Notes: generated by a model from the letters alone, not told the origin. A stretch of DNA of 64,000 nucleotides from an uncultured virus (IMG/VR IMGVR_UViG_3300003601_000003) (IMGVR_UViG_3300003601_000003), one strand, 5' to 3'; positions 1 through 9,506 are shown, counted from the stretch's first letter. Numbers and translations are program-made.

Positions 1-22
1 GATAAATGAGGATGAGTGGGCA

Positions 23-235
23 ATGCTTGCAGAACTGCACGAAAATTTATCGAGCCGCGGCCCTTTACAAGATCTAAAGTCAGGTTTGCCAAGTCATGTT
101 CAGAAAGATTTTTCTAAAGTCTTACAACGAGGTAAGAACGATTATGTTACAAAGGAACTTTTAAATTACTCAAAGGCGGTACGAGCCGAGCAATCTAAGT
201 TAAAAGATTCACTCGGCAATATTCTGGGTATCTAA
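23..235 (+). CDS. 3' end of a hypothetical protein, probably entering from the left edge
   Basis: ORF track; no RBS context visible, likely truncated by the window. Confidence 0.4.
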   Translation: MLAELHENLSSRGPLQDLKSGLPSHVQKDFSKVLQRGKNDYVTKELLNYSKAVRAEQSKLKDSLGNILGI

Positions 236-248
236 TAAGGTTTCTTCT

Positions 249-758
249 TTAAGAGAGAGCCTTATATAGCTTCTCCCATTGACGAACCTTTGAGTCCTCT
301 ATCGATGAGAGCATATTGAACACCTCCCAATAGCGTAAGGTGTCATCATAATCCTCTCTCCTAGAGGTTTTCTCGTTTAATAGACCCTCTACCCTACGCA
401 CAAGTATTTCTTTGCGTGTAGGGTCTTCATAGGTGTCCTCAAAGATGTCCTTCTTAGGTTCGTACTTCCACACCTCAAGCCCATACTTACGCTCTAAGGC
501 TGTGCAAGCTCTACCAAAGTCGAGACCCTCTTTCTCCATAACCGTTGCGATGGAGTCTCGTACCTTACCACAAGCGAAACAGAACCATGTGTTAGTCTCT
601 GGGTAAACACGGGCAGAAGGTGCATTATCTGAACCATCTCCATGTAGATCACAACGGAACTGTTGTTGGTGATCTCGACCATGTACATCATAGTTGTAGG
701 CACTCAAGACAGACAGGATGGGGATCTTTTCTTTAATCCTATCTGCTCTCTTGCTCAT
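249..758 (-). CDS. CHC2 zinc-finger protein (DNA primase zinc-binding domain)
   Basis: C-x2-H ... WFCFAC pattern (FRCDLHGDGSDNAPSARVYPETNTWFCFACG) followed by the 'VMEKEGLDFGRA' helix typical of DnaG N-terminal Zn domains; no TOPRIM domain in this ORF. Confidence 0.8.
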   Translation of the reverse strand: MSKRADRIKEKIPILSVLSAYNYDVHGRDHQQQFRCDLHGDGSDNAPSARVYPETNTWFCFACGKVRDSIATVMEKEGLDFGRACTALERKYGLEVWKYEPKKDIFEDTYEDPTRKEILVRRVEGLLNEKTSRREDYDDTLRYWEVFNMLSSIEDSKVRQWEKLYKALS

Positions 759-988
759 TTCGCACCTTTTCTCATCACTCTTCTTAGTGTGCCGTAGCGT
801 TCGTTACTCATACTTTTTATGATACAGTCACCCAACTTTAACTCGGTTGGTGGGGGTTTTTTATCTACATAGATTGTGAGTTTATTTAACTCACAAATGT
901 GAACCTCCACTATTCGTGTGGAGTTCAAAAAAATCATGTACCCCAATAACGCAATAAATGTGATTAGTCCTAGTGCGTCATAATTCAT
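755..988 (-). CDS. small membrane-anchored hypothetical protein
   Basis: N-terminal hydrophobic helix; AAGGAGA RBS upstream; ATGA overlap with the next gene. Confidence 0.6.
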   Translation of the reverse strand: MNYDALGLITFIALLGYMIFLNSTRIVEVHICELNKLTIYVDKKPPPTELKLGDCIIKSMSNERYGTLRRVMRKGAK

Positions 989-1039
989 CTCATTCTCCTT
1001 TTACTTCGTACTTCTTTAATCAGTTATATATTTTAGGTG

Positions 1040-1290
1040 ACAAAACACCCCGACTCTCCTAAGAGAAGCCGAAGTGTCGGGCAAGTGAGCTGACCTCGCC
1101 AAGCATATCTGAGTCTGCGTAAAGCCCAATCGCGAGAAGAATCTCACATCCTGGCTCAACCCCCCCTTTTGGGATTGAACCTACGACATGAGGTCAGAAT
1201 CACTCATATCGACCACTACCCAATCTAGGGAGGTTTACCTTTACAACAGCATAAAGGCTTTGTCGTGGGTTAGTGGTATCACCCAACTGT
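1040..1290 (-). ncRNA. candidate structured non-coding RNA of unknown family
   Basis: ORF-free GC-richer island between a GTAACCCCTTATTTAT+TATAAT promoter (1299-1314, -) and a terminal hairpin plus U-tract (~1042-1077); several nested helices whose mismatches become G-U pairs only on the minus strand. Confidence 0.55.
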
Positions 1291-1361
1291 ATTATACAAT
1301 AAATAAGGGGTTACAGTTATAGTTTATTTATCATCACACAAGGTAAAGTAAAGGGGTCATC

Positions 1362-3716
1362 GTGCAGAATAAAACAAGTAGGATAAGAGTACCTAAACCA
1401 TTGGTACGAGAGATTGTATCACATATATTCAGCCAAGTAGGTGTCTATAATGACCTCAGTATAAGTGTCTCAGTACCATCTCCACCGAGAGTTCATAGGT
1501 ATCTTGCAGACTTAGACTTGAGAGTGGAGATAATACCTCCGAGTGCGTCTAGGAAGTTAGAATTTGAGGCTAAATACGATCCGACTAACTCTGTCATTTA
1601 TGTAAATCTACCTTATTTAGAGAGTCGCTACGAAGGTAGAGAACTTGAACAATCTCTCTACAAAGTAGTCGCTCACGAGCTTGTTCATGTATATCAAATC
1701 CTCTATACAAGATCACGAGATAGCGATCCCAATGCAGTAAACCCAACAGCAGGACTTCCTGGTCTTAGAGAGAGAACTCCACAATATAGGCAAGAAGAAG
1801 GCGACATACTTCACCATCGCCTAGACGATAATGAGTTTTACCCACGCTTAGAGGATACGATCAATGCTATTAAATTTGTACTAAAGAGGAATCCTGGAAA
1901 ATTAGTTGAAATAGTCTCTTATGTCTTAGGTGAGTCAAGTCGCCCTGTATATAGGTCTAAGCATTTAAAAGAGCCTATAGAATGGCTCATAGCTTTAGAT
2001 AGATACGCACCTAGAAAGTTCATCAAAGCTGTAAGGAAGATTAAGAATGAGTTCCCCGAAACAGCTAAACTTACCCGTCAAGCCGATTTCTTTAGACAGG
2101 TTAGCCCACCCGATGAACTGAGTACCTTTAGCAATGGCACACCCACGGGTAAAGGTACAGATCTTGAAGATAAGGGTGAGGGGTCACAACTGCCTAATGG
2201 AGATGGGGCTAGGGACATAGGTCGTCCTAGCCCCGACTCACCGAATCTCAAATCAAGAAATCTTGATCGTTCTGAGTCATATGGCAGGAAACCCGCTGAA
2301 AAACAAGACTTTGGTTATGTTCATGATAGTGGTAGCGGTAGTGCTAGGGTTATCCCTTATGATAGTGGTTTTGCGAACAACTCATCTCCTCTGAGAAAAG
2401 CATCCTCCAAAGTTAAACCCATGTTTTTAGGGTCTGACGGGTCAGCGATGGCTTATGATTTCTACTTTATGCGAGTCGAAAAAGACTACTATTATCACTA
2501 CACATACAGAGATCGTGCTGATGAGATCATTGAAGATGGACATCTAAGACCTAACTTCTACAAAGACCAGCCTGGTGCTAAAGGTGTGTTCGCTATTTCT
2601 GGATCTTATGGGCAAGTGGTTACGAGTCTTCAAGTCAGTGGTTCTAGGAAAGAACACATGGATAAAATCGTAGCTCTCAAGTTTAAGACTAGAACTGAGC
2701 CTAAGTATGGATATCCCGAAGAAGTCATTTGGGATAAGCCTGTGAAACTTATTCGACCAGAGATTGTGGGCGTTTCAAAAGCAGTATCCGATCTGAACCG
2801 AAATGAAGACTTGGGAGAGAACTTCAAGGTGTTTTACGACTTCAAGAAGGCAGTCGAGATCAAAAAAGAACATGGGAAACCTAACGCTAAGTCTAAAACA
2901 GCGTCTATTAGTAGGATAGCTCATCGCTATCTTCAAAGTGCCGCCCAACCAGCTCAAGACTTGGCAGGTGTCAAAACTTGGGTTGATAAAAACCGACAAG
3001 ACCAAGTTCAAAACGATACCTCTTCTCCAGATAAATCAAGAGAAGATTATGAAGATGGTAAGCCACAGAGAGATCGAGTTCTTCCTTTACCAAATGGACA
3101 CCCCGAAGGTCGAGATGAACAGCGAGTCGGCCCAGGTCAAATAAACTCACCTCCCGATTCTAGTGGTCAAGGTGGAGCGAACCGTCCAAAGAAAGACCCT
3201 AGTGCATTAAATGACCACCCCGATGGAAAAGCGTTACATGAACGACCTAGATCAAGCGGTATGCCTGGAGATGAGTATGGACACCCTTATATAGACCAAT
3301 CCACATCTACGGGATTAAAGCGTAGAGTCATGGCTTCCATTGAGAAAATCTCTTATGTGGGAGAAGATGACTTTTATGCAGAAGAAGAAGATTTCTATTG
3401 GGATATAGAAGATGGTGTGATGGTAAAAAATGCCCTCTTCAGATACAACTTCCGACCCCCAAGAGGGAATAAGAGACAGCGTTCTCAAAAGGGTCAGGCG
3501 AAACGAAAATCTCTAAAGACTAAGCGTAAATATAGAGTAAAATATCGTAGAAACCTCATTAAGCAAAAGAGGTTATACAAGCGTAAGAAACACAATCCTA
3601 CTTACAAAAAGTACAAGAAAAACTATGCTAAAAACCCTCAGAAGTACAAGCGTAGACCTGGTGGTGTCAGCACAGTTAAACAAAAATCTCAAAGAGCAGA
3701 AAAAAGGAGAAAGTAA
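1362..3716 (+). CDS. multidomain (polyvalent-type) protein: zincin-like HExxH domain, putative ADP-ribosyltransferase-like domain, K/R-rich C-terminus
   Basis: VAHELVHVYQ motif; YYHYT...IIEDGHLRP...GVFAIS...YPEEVIW resembles H-Y-E clade ART strands; very basic tail; class-1 promoter upstream. Confidence 0.55.
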   Translation: MQNKTSRIRVPKPLVREIVSHIFSQVGVYNDLSISVSVPSPPRVHRYLADLDLRVEIIPPSASRKLEFEAKYDPTNSVIYVNLPYLESRYEGRELEQSLYKVVAHELVHVYQILYTRSRDSDPNAVNPTAGLPGLRERTPQYRQEEGDILHHRLDDNEFYPRLEDTINAIKFVLKRNPGKLVEIVSYVLGESSRPVYRSKHLKEPIEWLIALDRYAPRKFIKAVRKIKNEFPETAKLTRQADFFRQVSPPDELSTFSNGTPTGKGTDLEDKGEGSQLPNGDGARDIGRPSPDSPNLKSRNLDRSESYGRKPAEKQDFGYVHDSGSGSARVIPYDSGFANNSSPLRKASSKVKPMFLGSDGSAMAYDFYFMRVEKDYYYHYTYRDRADEIIEDGHLRPNFYKDQPGAKGVFAISGSYGQVVTSLQVSGSRKEHMDKIVALKFKTRTEPKYGYPEEVIWDKPVKLIRPEIVGVSKAVSDLNRNEDLGENFKVFYDFKKAVEIKKEHGKPNAKSKTASISRIAHRYLQSAAQPAQDLAGVKTWVDKNRQDQVQNDTSSPDKSREDYEDGKPQRDRVLPLPNGHPEGRDEQRVGPGQINSPPDSSGQGGANRPKKDPSALNDHPDGKALHERPRSSGMPGDEYGHPYIDQSTSTGLKRRVMASIEKISYVGEDDFYAEEEDFYWDIEDGVMVKNALFRYNFRPPRGNKRQRSQKGQAKRKSLKTKRKYRVKYRRNLIKQKRLYKRKKHNPTYKKYKKNYAKNPQKYKRRPGGVSTVKQKSQRAEKRRK

Positions 3717-3718
3717 CT

Positions 3719-4783
3719 ATGAGTGATTTCTTATCCGAAGAATTGTTTGCAGAGGAATTATCTGCCGAAGAGTTATTAGCTGGTCGAGCTAGACGAAAGA
3801 CCAAGTATAAAATCAAACGCAGAAGGCGTATGAAAACTAGAACTAAGTCTTTACGCAAGAGAAACACTAATGTGTCTCAAAAGCGTCAAAACAGAAAGAA
3901 GTATAAAAAGCGTATGAAGACGGACTCTAACTACAGGAAAAATCGTAAAGACTATCGTAAGCAGTACTACAAGAAGAACAAGAGGGGTTCTATCGGGTAT
4001 AGTTTGCCCTTTGGATTAGAATTCTTATATCAAGGAATACCTGCTTATCTTATGTCTCTTTCTGAGATGTTTGATGCGGTCAATATCTATGTTGAAGGTG
4101 AAACTGCAATCTTAGTTGACCTCAATCATTTCTTAGATAACACTGAATGGTATGAAGAAGATGATGCTAACCTTTTCATCGATTTGATAGAGGAATCTTA
4201 TGCTGTTTTAGAGGAAGATCCAGAGGATGCTTGGTCTGAGTATACCCTTGATGAGCGAGATCCCCCTGCCAAGTCTAATATAGATAAGAAATCTTCGAGG
4301 GCTACTGATATTTGTGATCGGACAGATAACCTTGCACTTCTTCAGATGCTCCTAGCTGTTCTTCGTGGTGCTCATTTTGCTCATTGGACTAGTCACTGGC
4401 AGGTTAAAGGCTCAAACTTCTATGGTGATCATGAAATGATGGATAACATTTACAGTACCCTCATTGAAGAAATCGACACCCTTGCAGAGAAGATTGTTGG
4501 TACATACGGTGGGGAAGCCGTTAATATGGTCGAACAGTCCCAACTAATGGCTAATCAGCTTTTACCTCTAGCCGAAGCACATAGCATGAATAACCCTATT
4601 CGTAGAGCCTTGCTGATTGAGGAGGGTTTACAGGTCATCTTTAGGAACACTTATGATATGCTCAAGGAACAAGGCGGTCTTACTTTAGGTATGGACGATT
4701 TTATTATGTCTATGGCTAACACACACGAGACTAACCTTTACCTTTTAAGACAGAGATGCGATACTCGACCAAAGATTAATTGA
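3719..4783 (+). CDS. basic N-terminal region fused to a C-terminal Dps/ferritin-like domain
   Basis: HWQVKGSNFYGDHEMMDNIY...IDTLAEKI matches the Dps ferroxidase signature (HW-x-V-x-G-x2-F-x3-H ... D-x-LAE). Confidence 0.75.
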   Translation: MSDFLSEELFAEELSAEELLAGRARRKTKYKIKRRRRMKTRTKSLRKRNTNVSQKRQNRKKYKKRMKTDSNYRKNRKDYRKQYYKKNKRGSIGYSLPFGLEFLYQGIPAYLMSLSEMFDAVNIYVEGETAILVDLNHFLDNTEWYEEDDANLFIDLIEESYAVLEEDPEDAWSEYTLDERDPPAKSNIDKKSSRATDICDRTDNLALLQMLLAVLRGAHFAHWTSHWQVKGSNFYGDHEMMDNIYSTLIEEIDTLAEKIVGTYGGEAVNMVEQSQLMANQLLPLAEAHSMNNPIRRALLIEEGLQVIFRNTYDMLKEQGGLTLGMDDFIMSMANTHETNLYLLRQRCDTRPKIN

Positions 4784-4944
4784 TATTATTCATCAGATAT
4801 TATCGACACTTGGGTGAATCTAAAAAATAAATAAGAAAAGTTGGGCGACTTCTTGTGTATATCGTATAAGAGTATGTGAGCAACAGAGCCAATCACTTAG
4901 GATGACTCGCTAAAGCTCTTAACCATTTATACAGGAGATCACAC

Positions 4945-5664
4945 ATGAGTGGATTTTCAGATTTCAGTCTCGGTTCTCAGTCCCCAATCCTTTCAGGTGG
5001 CAAAGTACGATGGAAGCCTCAAAAGGGTAAATTTCGTGTCACTTTTGCCGCTCTTCCAGGTCTTGAGGAAGAGGATGTTAAGTTTGAGGATAGCAACGGA
5101 GATCCTACTAACCCTTCTTTTAAAGGTGGTCGTAGACTTTACGCAAAAGATGTTGGGTACTTCTTGGATCATGGGCCAGAGTATCAAAAAATCGCAGGCA
5201 ACCCTTCAAAGACTTCGATTGCTACTACTTTAATCTTTTGGCCTACAGATGCTAACGGTTCATTAGATAAGGCTCGTTTCTCCAATGGTGAGTTTGAGAT
5301 CAAAACTTGGATCTTCTCACTCGACAAGTATCGTCAACTTGAGTCAATCAACACTGAGTTCCCTTTGAGTCAACATGACATTTCAATCACTGTGACTGAC
5401 CCTCAGTTCCATAAGATGACCTTTGCACCCTGTAAAGAGTCTTTGTTCAAGACCTTACATGATAAGGGATCTGATATGTTCAAGACTTGTATGGAGGCTG
5501 TAAAGCCTATCCACGCAAACATCCAGAATGATATCGCTCAAGACCTCACCATTGATCAGATTCGTGAGAAGATGAGTGGCTCAGTCGGTTCTCCTACAGG
5601 CAAGAGTGGTGGTGGATTCAATTCTAGCTTTGACGCAGATGAGATTCTTGACGGTATGCTCTAA
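4945..5664 (+). CDS. putative single-stranded DNA-binding protein
   Basis: Aromatic/Gly-rich beta-type body, Gly/Ser linker and acidic-hydrophobic C-terminus (DADEILDGML) as in phage SSBs; strong AGGAGA RBS. Confidence 0.5.
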   Translation: MSGFSDFSLGSQSPILSGGKVRWKPQKGKFRVTFAALPGLEEEDVKFEDSNGDPTNPSFKGGRRLYAKDVGYFLDHGPEYQKIAGNPSKTSIATTLIFWPTDANGSLDKARFSNGEFEIKTWIFSLDKYRQLESINTEFPLSQHDISITVTDPQFHKMTFAPCKESLFKTLHDKGSDMFKTCMEAVKPIHANIQNDIAQDLTIDQIREKMSGSVGSPTGKSGGGFNSSFDADEILDGML

Positions 5665-5666
5665 AG
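5631..5666 (+). repeat. 36-bp direct repeat, copy 1 (3' end of the SSB-like gene)
   Basis: tgacgcagatgagattcttgacggtatgctctaaag is identical to 6653-6688. Confidence 0.95.
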
Positions 5667-5732
5667 TCCTTGACTTTTTGACTTCGGTCATGGTTGAATA
5701 TGCTCAATAGCCTTTGATTCATCTAAAGGCTC

Positions 5733-5787
5733 AATGCCCCTTAGACCCCTCATCGCCACAGAGGGTGTTTAAGGGGCATTACTTTTT
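5733..5787 (+). terminator. putative intrinsic terminator
   Basis: aatgccccttagac ... gtttaaggggcatt stem followed by a T-tract. Confidence 0.6.
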
Positions 5788-5848
5788 GTAGTCCTTTTAT
5801 AGCCTCTCCTTTGGTGATCTCATTAACCCGAACCAATGGAGAAAAACC

Positions 5849-6613
5849 ATGAGAGCAGTACACATCTACGATTTTGACGGGACTTTATTTAGAACTCCAC
5901 AAAGACCAAACTGGTATGACAATAACTTGGATGGGGTTTGGCATCAAAACCCATTGAGTTTTGCAGAACCTTGTCTACCTAAAGGTGAGCGTTGGGTTAA
6001 GTCTATTGTTTCAGAAGCTAAGAGAAGCATCGCCTCAAAGGATGTTTACACCATCGTCCTTACAGGGCGTAAGACACCTTTTCAAAGAGTAGTTGAGGAT
6101 CTTTTAAGATCAAAAGGATTAAAGTTTGATGAGGTCATCTTGAAAGACAGAGGAGATACTGAGTCTTTTAAAAACAGAGTAATAGATCGCCTTATGGCAC
6201 TGTTTCCTGATGCAGAGATCCACATCTGGGAAGATAGACATAATCATTTAAAAGTATTCATGGATCACATCGAGATGAGAGGTGGCGTTGGAATCCCTCA
6301 CGCAGTACCGCAAAACTACTCGGTGGCTGAATGTTCTGAAGAGGAGTTTAGGGATATGAGAAGATCAGCATCAGAAACTATTAGAAATCTTGAGCATCGC
6401 ATTGCTCGACTTGAGGGGTCTAGGACAGCTTCAAGCGATGTTCGTAGAGCTGGCAAGAAAGTTATTGAAGCAATAGACAAGCTACAGGAAGAGCTTGAGA
6501 AGATGCCTTCCTTCAACAGTGATGAGTCTTACTATGAGGATTTAAGAGAGCGTTTTGAGGCACTTCACCTTAGCGTCCATAAAGAGGTTCAGTTCATCAC
6601 AGGTGCTTACTAA
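5849..6613 (+). CDS. HAD-superfamily phosphatase domain fused upstream of an internal MRRSASE-leader module
   Basis: IYDFDGTLF (DxDxT), LTGR and WEDR HAD motifs; leader MRRSASETIRNLEHRIARLE begins in frame at 6356. Confidence 0.75.
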   Translation: MRAVHIYDFDGTLFRTPQRPNWYDNNLDGVWHQNPLSFAEPCLPKGERWVKSIVSEAKRSIASKDVYTIVLTGRKTPFQRVVEDLLRSKGLKFDEVILKDRGDTESFKNRVIDRLMALFPDAEIHIWEDRHNHLKVFMDHIEMRGGVGIPHAVPQNYSVAECSEEEFRDMRRSASETIRNLEHRIARLEGSRTASSDVRRAGKKVIEAIDKLQEELEKMPSFNSDESYYEDLRERFEALHLSVHKEVQFITGAY

Positions 6614-6652
6614 GACTTAATCGTCTGAGACTCGAACACAGAGTTATACTGC

Positions 6653-6688
6653 TGACGCAGATGAGATTCTTGACGGTATGCTCTAAAG
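6653..6688 (+). repeat. 36-bp direct repeat, copy 2 (orphan copy of the SSB-like gene 3' end)
   Basis: Identical to 5631-5666; intergenic. Confidence 0.95.
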
Positions 6689-6713
6689 AAAAAGTGGGAG
6701 TGAAGGGTTACCT

Positions 6714-7376
6714 TCACTTTGAGGGTAAGATAACAGCGTATTTGCCACCCCATTGTGAAGAAGGTGGGATGTTAGGATCACCAGGAAAAGCTGTCAATAG
6801 GGAATAAGATTTACCCGCTTTGACATCTGAAAGGATAGCCTTTACACTCTTAGCATCATCGGGTAAAAACTTAGAGTTACTTGGTCGAATGACGAGGCTG
6901 ATCTGATTGGTAGCGAAATCCCTTAGAGAAGCTGTAGTCTGAACAGCAGGTACAGTGATTTTCTTACCCCTCTCTTCTTTTTGGACTGTTGTCTGAGTCG
7001 CACCAGGCAGTCTCATCGCTTCCTCAATCGGGAGGACAAGGTTATACCCTACATTGGAAGCCTTCATGGTGTAGAGGCCACCTTGACCCTTAACAGGAGC
7101 TTTCTGAATGAGTTTGATAAGAGTACGCTCATCAATGCCTCTCGCAAAGACTGAACCTGTACCAATGTCATTGTGTGCGGTAATGTGTTTAACAGCCCAC
7201 TGAGATAAAAGAACATGACCTGCCCGTACTGGGATCTTCCATGTTCCTTTTTGAAGTTGACGAGGTTTGTCTCCTGTACCTGCTGACTTTAGATGTGCAA
7301 GTTTACGCTCAATGCCATTGATCCTTAGATCGAAGCTAACGATCTCTGCAAGTACCGATTGGATTTCTTTGTTCAT
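6714..7376 (-). CDS. hypothetical protein with N-terminal coiled-coil leader
   Basis: Class-1 promoter and ATGGAGA RBS; N-terminus (LRINGIERKLAHL) loosely resembles the cassette leader. Confidence 0.65.
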   Translation of the reverse strand: MNKEIQSVLAEIVSFDLRINGIERKLAHLKSAGTGDKPRQLQKGTWKIPVRAGHVLLSQWAVKHITAHNDIGTGSVFARGIDERTLIKLIQKAPVKGQGGLYTMKASNVGYNLVLPIEEAMRLPGATQTTVQKEERGKKITVPAVQTTASLRDFATNQISLVIRPSNSKFLPDDAKSVKAILSDVKAGKSYSLLTAFPGDPNIPPSSQWGGKYAVILPSK

Positions 7377-7427
7377 GTCTGTTCTCCATATTTAAGGTTT
7401 TGTATGAAGGACAGTATAAAGAAACTA

Positions 7428-8069
7428 TTAAAGTCTTGACTTTTTAATCGCTTCTTTGAGCTTCTTTTCGTCATACACTTTGATGTTACTCTCACTTTGA
7501 AAAAGGTTGTGAGCTGATTTAACTTGAGATTGATTGAGCTTCATATTACCAGTAACCGTAATATCATGTGTGTCTTTATCTTCAAGCCTAGTTGTAAATC
7601 CTGTGACCGAGGGCATGAGTAGCTTAATCAGTTTGGGGTCAATGTACTTGAGGGCTATATCCCAAACCATTTCAAGTTCGACCTCGTTGGAGATGTTAAT
7701 GGGGGAGTTACCATAAGAGGTAGGCATCTTTTGCCTATAGAGACTAATACCAGATTGAGTCCGAAGATCCATATCAAAGAAAGGTACAGGTTTACCTGGT
7801 GGTGGAGGTGCATTTTCAAATGAAATCTTAATGTGTGCATGAATGATTTTATCCCCAAATGTCACCTTTGGCAGTACCGTACCCCAACCATGAAACACGA
7901 CCAAGATTTCTCCTTGTTCAACAAGGCGGGCGATGAACTCTTGCTCAATGTCAGACATCGGAATGTAAAGGGAGTTTTCATTACCACCTCCAAATGTGTT
8001 CTTCCCTTTTTTCCGATTGGGGTCGTTTTTAATACCATTGATGTTGGTCATTGCTAGCAATCTCCTCAT
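7428..8069 (-). CDS. hypothetical protein
   Basis: 213-aa ORF, co-oriented with neighbours; true start probably the downstream ATG after AGGAGA. Confidence 0.65.
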   Translation of the reverse strand: MRRLLAMTNINGIKNDPNRKKGKNTFGGGNENSLYIPMSDIEQEFIARLVEQGEILVVFHGWGTVLPKVTFGDKIIHAHIKISFENAPPPPGKPVPFFDMDLRTQSGISLYRQKMPTSYGNSPINISNEVELEMVWDIALKYIDPKLIKLLMPSVTGFTTRLEDKDTHDITVTGNMKLNQSQVKSAHNLFQSESNIKVYDEKKLKEAIKKSRL

Positions 8070-8078
8070 TTTAGGGTT

Positions 8079-9506
8079 TCAACCCTCTACTATACCACTC
8101 TCAAAAATGTGTTCTAGCATATCTACAATTGTTTCTATGCTCTCTAGTGTTCTCCCCGATGCAGTGAGCCTACGCATACTTGCTGTTCGAGTCGCCTCTC
8201 GAACAAACATCAGAGGGTCGAAGTGGAGCTTGGTCTTACCTGTGGTAATACTTTCTTTGAGCGTGTTTTGCATGGACGCAGTACTTAAGAATCTTAGCAA
8301 AACTTCTGGGTTGATATAAGATTTCTTAGTTGTACTGCCACTATCATGGCTTAATGCCACCTGTGCTCTTTCATGTGCTTTATTGATTGTGTCTGATACA
8401 ATTTCAACAACCCGTTGGGTCAAGTCTTCAGTTTCTAGTTCTGCGACTTCTTTAATCTTTTCAAGCATCGAGTCTCTTTCTTCTTGGAGTCCATCAAACA
8501 CCTCTTGGGTCGCTCTTAACTTCCTAAAGTCAGTGATCTTAAAACCTTTGAAATTCTCTTTAAAGTATTTCGCAAGATGTCTATAAGTGAACTTCTCTCC
8601 CTCACTAGTAACGAAGATATACTCAGAGCCAGATTCTAAGGCGTTGTCTACATAGTCCTTTAAAACTTTGATGATAGATGAGTTGGATATGGAAGCTGTA
8701 TTTACCGTTCCCATTTTCCCTCTGAAGACCAACTCGACAAAATTGTTTCGGACAAAGTTGACATGGGTGGCGTTCAAAGTGATTGCACCGAATGTTTCAA
8801 CCTGCACTTCTTGTTCCTCCACAGTTTCTACAATCCCATTCCCTATTTGTCCTGGTCTTATTCCTGTTTCCATGATGATTGAAGTAATGATTGCAGATAA
8901 CTTGGTTAGTTCATCTTTTGACTTGAGGTCTTTTTTAATCTTTTTTACGATGGTGTTGTACTTTTTGATGAGCTTCTTTTGAGACTTGATCTTCTCGGCT
9001 AAAGTATAAGTCTTGTTGCCGAACATATCGTTAATCGTCTTGATGTATCCCTCATCATCTACATCAATCGTGATTGTGTCGGGCAGGTACGCCCTTAACT
9101 CCACAGGAATGGCAGATTTAAGAGGGGTTTGTTTTTTGTGGAGTTCTATCGCCTTAAAAGACCTAACACTGTTTTTTTTGAATGTCTCGCTTACCTCTTT
9201 AAGAGGCTTTTGCCCAGCTAGGTAGTCTCGTATGAGGTACATCGTTGCATTTCTCCACGAATATGCTTTATCGCTTACCTCATCTGACCCCACAAACTTA
9301 TTCATGAACCCTAAGACTTGAGACAAGTTTTTAATCGACTTAACTATATGTCTTTTCCTCTTACCTATAACTGCTTTTCCCCTACCTTTGTGTTCAGATT
9401 TAGCTTGCACCCCATAGCTTTTAAGGTCTTTCAACAGGACTTTAAAGGCAGTAAGGGATTTGCGTTGAAACGCAGAGATTTTTTTTTCCTCTTGTGGTGT
9501 CGGCAT
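8079..9506 (-). CDS. type IB DNA topoisomerase
   Basis: Catalytic motifs in TopIB order: ETGIRPG (R), FRGKMG (K), TDFRKLRA (R), LSH...TKKSYINP (Y); start set at 9506 by the AAAGGAGA RBS. Confidence 0.8.
   Translation of the reverse strand: MPTPQEEKKISAFQRKSLTAFKVLLKDLKSYGVQAKSEHKGRGKAVIGKRKRHIVKSIKNLSQVLGFMNKFVGSDEVSDKAYSWRNATMYLIRDYLAGQKPLKEVSETFKKNSVRSFKAIELHKKQTPLKSAIPVELRAYLPDTITIDVDDEGYIKTINDMFGNKTYTLAEKIKSQKKLIKKYNTIVKKIKKDLKSKDELTKLSAIITSIIMETGIRPGQIGNGIVETVEEQEVQVETFGAITLNATHVNFVRNNFVELVFRGKMGTVNTASISNSSIIKVLKDYVDNALESGSEYIFVTSEGEKFTYRHLAKYFKENFKGFKITDFRKLRATQEVFDGLQEERDSMLEKIKEVAELETEDLTQRVVEIVSDTINKAHERAQVALSHDSGSTTKKSYINPEVLLRFLSTASMQNTLKESITTGKTKLHFDPLMFVREATRTASMRRLTASGRTLESIETIVDMLEHIFESGIVEG

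Noticed and set aside
1150..1235. tRNA gene suggested by GGTTCAATCC on the minus strand
   Set aside because: The motif pairs as one arm of a longer hairpin (with GGGGTTGAGCC); no 5-bp T-stem, 7-nt anticodon loop or CCA end can be built
8079..9506. Tyrosine integrase of a prophage
   Set aside because: Motif spacing (GIRPG, FRGK, DFR, SYI.P) fits TopIB better than the R...HxxR...H/W...Y integrase pattern; no host-phage junction is visible
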